DNA of 64,000 bases from Zootoca vivipara. Lineage: Eukaryota. The position numbers and the translations under genes are program-made. Location: assembly GCF_963506605.1 (NCBI RefSeq), contig NC_083288.1, forward strand, positions 32,984,001 to 33,048,000, read 5' to 3'. The notes under the pieces are model-generated. The model saw only the letters and a list, made by a program, of their open reading frames with translations. It did not search any database and was not told the origin of the DNA. Shown in pieces: positions 59,401 to 64,000 of this stretch; positions within the stretch are counted from its first letter, which is position 1, and every line of letters begins with the position of its first letter.

Positions 59401-61223
59401 TGTGTCATCTGCATATCTGAGGTTGTTGATATTTCTTCCGGCAATCTTAATTCCAGTTTGGGATTCATCCAGTCCAGCCTTTTGCATGATGAATTCTGCA
59501 TATAAGCAGGGAGACAATATACAGCCTTGTCGTACTCCTTTTCCAATTTTGAACCAATCAGTTGTTCCATATCCAGTTCTAACTGTAGCTTCTTGTCCTA
59601 CATAGAGATTTCTCAGGAGACAGATGAGGTGATCAGGCACTCCCATTTCTTTAAGAATTTACCATAGTTTGCTGTGGTCGACACAATCAAAGGCTTTTGC
59701 ATAGTCAATGACGCAGAAGTAGATGTTTTTCTGGAACTCTCTAGCTTTCTCCATAATCCAGCACATGTTTGCAATTTGGTGTCTGGTTCCTCTGCCCCTT
59801 CGAAATCCAGCTTGCACTTCTGAGAGTTCTCGGTCCACATACTGCCTAAGCTTGCCTTGTAGAATTTTGAGCATAACCTTGCTAGCGTGTGAAATAAGTG
59901 CAATTGTGTATCCATTAGTAGTAGTAGTAGTAAATATCATTGAAACTGTGGGATACTTTCTGAACAAGAATGTAAATGTTGTTCCAGCATGGTGCCTAAG
60001 GGTGACCAGCACATCCTGGTAGTGGGATATAGATTTCATTAATTAATAAATATTGTTGGAACTTTGAGATATTCTTCTCATCAGGAATGCAACTTTTGTT
60101 CCAGCTTGGTGCCTAAGGGTTACCAGCATATCCTGGCCTTGGCATTTGCAGTAAAGGAGATCAATGAAGACCCTCACATCTTACCAAATGCCACCATGGG
60201 CTTCCACATCTATGACAGCCATGGCAATGCAATTAAGACATATCATGCCACAATGCTACTTTTATCTACACTGGAGAAATTTCTCCCCAACTATATATGT
60301 GATACACAGAACAATCTGACAGCTGTCATTGGGGGTCTCGACGCCCAGGTCTCCCTTCATGTGGCAACTATCTTGGATATTTATAAGATTCCACAGGTAG
60401 GACACCTATGCATGCTTCTGAGTGGACTATGAAAATTTAATAGTGCTTTCATACTTTTTTGTTTCTTCCAGCTTGTATTATGCTCTTTGGAAACAGGAAT
60501 AGGTGCATTAGGAAGAATCAGATCAAATATTCTTTTGCTTTATTTCCTTTGCATGTTTTATGCAGACTGAAAGCAGTTCATTAACAAATGAAAAAGTAAA
60601 CGAACCTATCACTGGAATATCGTTTTCATAGATTAGAAATAAATTGAGCAATATATTTTCCACATGGATATCCCACTTACTGTTTCCATAGCTCCAAGTT
60701 GCTGATCCTTTTTACTTTCTATATTGTTGATGGAAAGCATTCCTCAATAATTAAAAGGTCACCATTTAAATCTTCTTGGGCCCATTCATTCCAACCATGA
60801 TCCGACAATCTATATGCATAGGCTGCAGACCTGCTTAATAAAGCACAGCCTGGCTTTCACTGAAGCGACACCATAAAGTTCAAAAACTAATTAATTGCTT
60901 TTATCAGAGGAAAAATTAGATGTTCTGTCCATCAGGCAATTGACAATACTGTGATAAGCTTTAAACAAAAACTGGGAGGTTGCTGATGCAGATTGATATC
61001 CTTGTGTGAATGAAGATAGTGCCTTTATCCCTTTGCACTCAACTTCATTTTCGATCAGAATGGACTCCCCTGGATCTGCAATTTCATCATTAATCACTCA
61101 GGTAGTACAGTTGAGAAATAAAAGGTTTGCTGATGTGAAGGATGCACTATTCATATGGATGTTCAAATGCAAATGTCAGCTGCATTTGACCATGCATTAA
61201 ACTGCTATAGAAATGGAGGGTGG

Positions 61224-61258
<35 letters not shown>

Positions 61259-62139
61259 CCCAACAAATATCTCTTTAGCTCATATATGGCCCGGCTCCAG
61301 TGATGGATGATAAAACCCCAGGACTACCTTTCTACCAGATGGCTCCACCAGAAAGCCACCAGTTTGCAGGGATTCTTTCTTTGCTTCTCCATTTCAAGTG
61401 GACATGGATTGGGGTTGCTGTGGTTGACAATGACAATGCAGAAAGATTTGTACAAAATGTGCTCCCAATCTTTTCAGACAGGGGTATTTGTTTTGCCTTT
61501 TTGGAAACAATCCCCAAGTTTAGTTTTCTCAGTGAAGGATATACTCTGATGGAACAGGGGGCAAAAATACATGATAGAATAATGGATAGCAAAGCCAATG
61601 TTGTGGTGACCTATGGAGAAGCTTCTACCACTATATTTTTGAGATGGCTTCCATATCTATCAATGCTTGGGAGCATGAAAACAAATGTAAAAGGTAAAGT
61701 ATGGATATCAACAGCCCAAGTGGAGTTCATTTCATTGGCCTTTCAGCGGGATTGGGATGCAGAAATATTCAATGGTGCCATAACCTTCAGAATTCATTCC
61801 AATGATCTACCAGGATTTCATCAATACGTTGAGGGCAGAAACCCTTACAATGCAGAAGGTGATGATTTCATCTGGGATTTCTGGCAACATGCATTTGGTT
61901 GTGTATTCCCACATCGCATTCTGGATGATGTGATGGGGGATATCTGCACAGGAATGGAGAATTTAGAGGAAATTCCTGCATCTCTCTTTGAAATGACTGT
62001 GCAAGGTCAAAGCTACAGCATCTACAATGCTGTCTTTGCCTTGGCCCATGCTTTACATGCCATGTCCTTAGCAATACCCAAACACTCACAAATGGTGAGT
62101 AGAGGGAGACAGAAGCTTCAGAAGCAGCAGTTTTGGCAG
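56197..62139 (+). CDS. V2R gene F, partial (exons 1-3; continues past the right edge)
   Basis: Exons 56197-56414, 60105-60396, 61279-62139; the window ends in intron 3 shortly before the expected exon 4. Confidence 0.9.
57484..57527 (+). mobile_element. 44-bp Bov-B 3' terminus
   Basis: gggtaacgaagagtcagacacgactaaatgactaaacaacaac; 8-bp TSD agtaaaag. Confidence 0.8.
58632..59908 (-). mobile_element. 5'-truncated, frameshifted Bov-B LINE in gene F intron 1
   Basis: RT fragments split over several frames; flanked on both sides by (AGT)n, at the site where paralogs have a (TTA)n tract. Confidence 0.93.
59988..60018 (+). pseudogene. Duplicated 31-nt stub of exon 2 with its own 3' splice site
   Basis: gttgttccag|CATGGTGCCTAAGGGTGACCAGCACATCCTG, 117 bp upstream of the intact exon 2. 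Confidence 0.85.
60105..60396 (+). CDS. V2R gene F exon 2
   Basis: 292 nt, GT-AG. Confidence 0.9.
61279..62139 (+). CDS. V2R gene F exon 3
   Basis: 861 nt, GT-AG. Confidence 0.93.
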
Positions 62140-62169
62140 GTAAGGAGCAGGAAATCCATACATTGCATG

Positions 62170-62773
62170 TGTGCTGGTCCCACGGGTTGCCCAGGAGCGG
62201 AGGTCCAAGGCCTATCCGTTGGTCGTAGGTTCAGAGTAGGGACAGTCCGAAAAAGCTGAGGCTGGGGGCAGGGCAGGACGTCAGGTGAGGAACACTGGCA
62301 GTAACTAGCAACCAACAATGTTGCTCCTGGGCGGGGTTTGGCCACCTTTAATCTTGAATGGGGTAACGGACGGCCCCAATCCCCTGGCGACTCACTCCCT
62401 CGCCTCGCCTGGAGGCGAGCACTCTTCTTGCGAGTACTCAGGTCCCTCCTTCTATCAGCCCTGAGTCTCTGCAGCTCAGGAGACGCCAGTGGGTTACGGC
62501 ACTCAGGAGGCCACCTCAGCCCCAGCCGGCAGTGGGCCAGATGCTGGTGACGACTCAGCTGATGGCAACGAGGTATCTCCTGCATCTGGAACCAAGGCAG
62601 GCTCGGGCCTCAGACTCGGCTCAGCTGATGCTTGTTGCAGGGGAGGCTGAGCAGACTGAGGCTCCTCAGGATCAGGCCCCAACCTCAGTTCAGCTGACAT
62701 CCCAGGCAAAGGGCCAGGTGCAGGCTGGGATTCCTCCAGCTCCGAGTCTGAGCCCAAGTCCCAGGCCATCACA
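62170..62773 (-). mobile_element. GC-rich solo LTR in gene F intron 3
   Basis: TGTG...CACA termini; perfect 5-bp TSD gcatg. Confidence 0.82.
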
Positions 62774-63181
62774 GCATGGAATATATACTGGGTGTTCAAT
62801 TTCCCTAACTACTAACTATTTTGTCCTCCTCCCTGCCCTCTCTGGCACCCTGAAAGGATAGATTTCCCATCATGGAAGGTACCATCCTGCTCTCTTCACA
62901 GCCTGAAAACTTCATTTTAATAATACTTTACAAAGATATATTTACATAATTCTGTTACAGTATAGAAAACACAAAAACTTGATTTGAGAGTCTTTCAAAT
63001 TTTGCACAATACTCCCTGTTGTTTATGAACAGTGCATATGCCTGCAATTCTGCTGATTTTTGTAGCATCCCTGTTTGCAATATCTGGGTCGTAAAGTGTG
63101 ATTGTATCTTCCTTCAATCTTTTACTTCATAAAGGTAACTTTATGATGGGCCAGTACACTTTCAGCTTTGAACTCTACATA

Positions 63182-63598
63182 CAGTGGTACCTCGGTTTAT
63201 GAACACAATTGGTTCCGGAAGTCTGTTCATAAACTGAAGCGTTCATAAACTGAAGCGAACTTTCCCATTGAAAGTAATGGAAAGTGGATTAATCCGTTCC
63301 AGACGGTCCGCGGAGTAACCATTCATAAACTGAAGCGAACTTTTCCATTGAAAGTAATGGAAAGTGGATTAATCCGTTCCAGACGGGTCCGCGAAGTACT
63401 TAAACTGAAGCGTTCATAAACTGAAACATGGGTGTAATTGGTTCCGGAAGTCTGTTCATAAACTGAAGCGTTCATAAACTGAAGCGAACTTTCCCATTAA
63501 AAGTAATGGAAAGTGAATTAATCCGTTCCAGATGGGTCCGCGGCGTTCATAAACCGAAAATTCATAAACCGAGGTGTTCATAAACCGAGGTTCCACTG
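63182..63598. mobile_element. Mariner/Tigger-type MITE (417 bp)
   Basis: TIRs with TA TSD; close reverse complement of 13064-13480. Confidence 0.9.
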
Positions 63599-63721
63599 TA
63601 CATACATTGTCCATGAACAGACAGACAGAAATACATTTATTTACTACTTTATGTACCTATTCACACACCCATTCATTTCTTTTCTCACTCTCACTATTAC
63701 CCACTATTACCCACTATTACC

Positions 63722-63769
<48 letters not shown>

Positions 63770-63879
63770 CCTCAAATCTCAATTATGATTTCATTCACTA
63801 AAATATGATGTTGGGGGGAATTAACACTTCCCTCTCCACCTGAAGCCTGTCAAACAAATAGGATTCCCCTCCCCCCCCC

Positions 63880-63918
<39 letters not shown>

Positions 63919-64000
63919 CTACACCTTAGCAGTGCTAATGGGGAGTGGAGTATAGGGAACACTGCAGACCATATGTGAGACCAAAATAGGCTACATGTAT

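Noticed and set aside
63182-63598. Interspaced direct repeats (also 13064-13480) resembling a CRISPR array
   Set aside because: Vertebrate DNA; the repeats lie inside TIR/TA-bounded MITEs, lack unique spacers, and no cas genes are present.

Overview
Eukaryotic genomic DNA, most likely from a squamate (probably a lacertid lizard, judging by a Sauria SINE and Bov-B/RTE LINEs with (CAA)n tails). The window holds a head-to-tail tandem array of vomeronasal type-2 receptor (V2R, class C GPCR) genes on the + strand, labelled A-F here. Gene A is represented by its last exon, B-E are complete six-exon genes (exons 218/292/861/228/127/~900 nt, all GT-AG, about 873-875 aa, no disabling mutation seen), and F by exons 1-3. 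Introns and spacers are rich in transposons: one full-length Bov-B LINE with an intact 1007-aa ORF and an 11-bp TSD, truncated Bov-B copies, solo LTRs, hAT and Tc1/Mariner MITEs (one nested three deep), a Penelope-like 178-bp perfect palindrome, and L2/CR1 fragments. Many insertions are confirmed by empty sites in paralogs inside the window. The main signals are extensive segment shuffling between V2R paralogs, a duplicated exon-2 acceptor in gene F, and a conserved ~390-bp upstream block (candidate V2R promoter). I see no evidence of a wholly new biological system. All alignments were done by eye.
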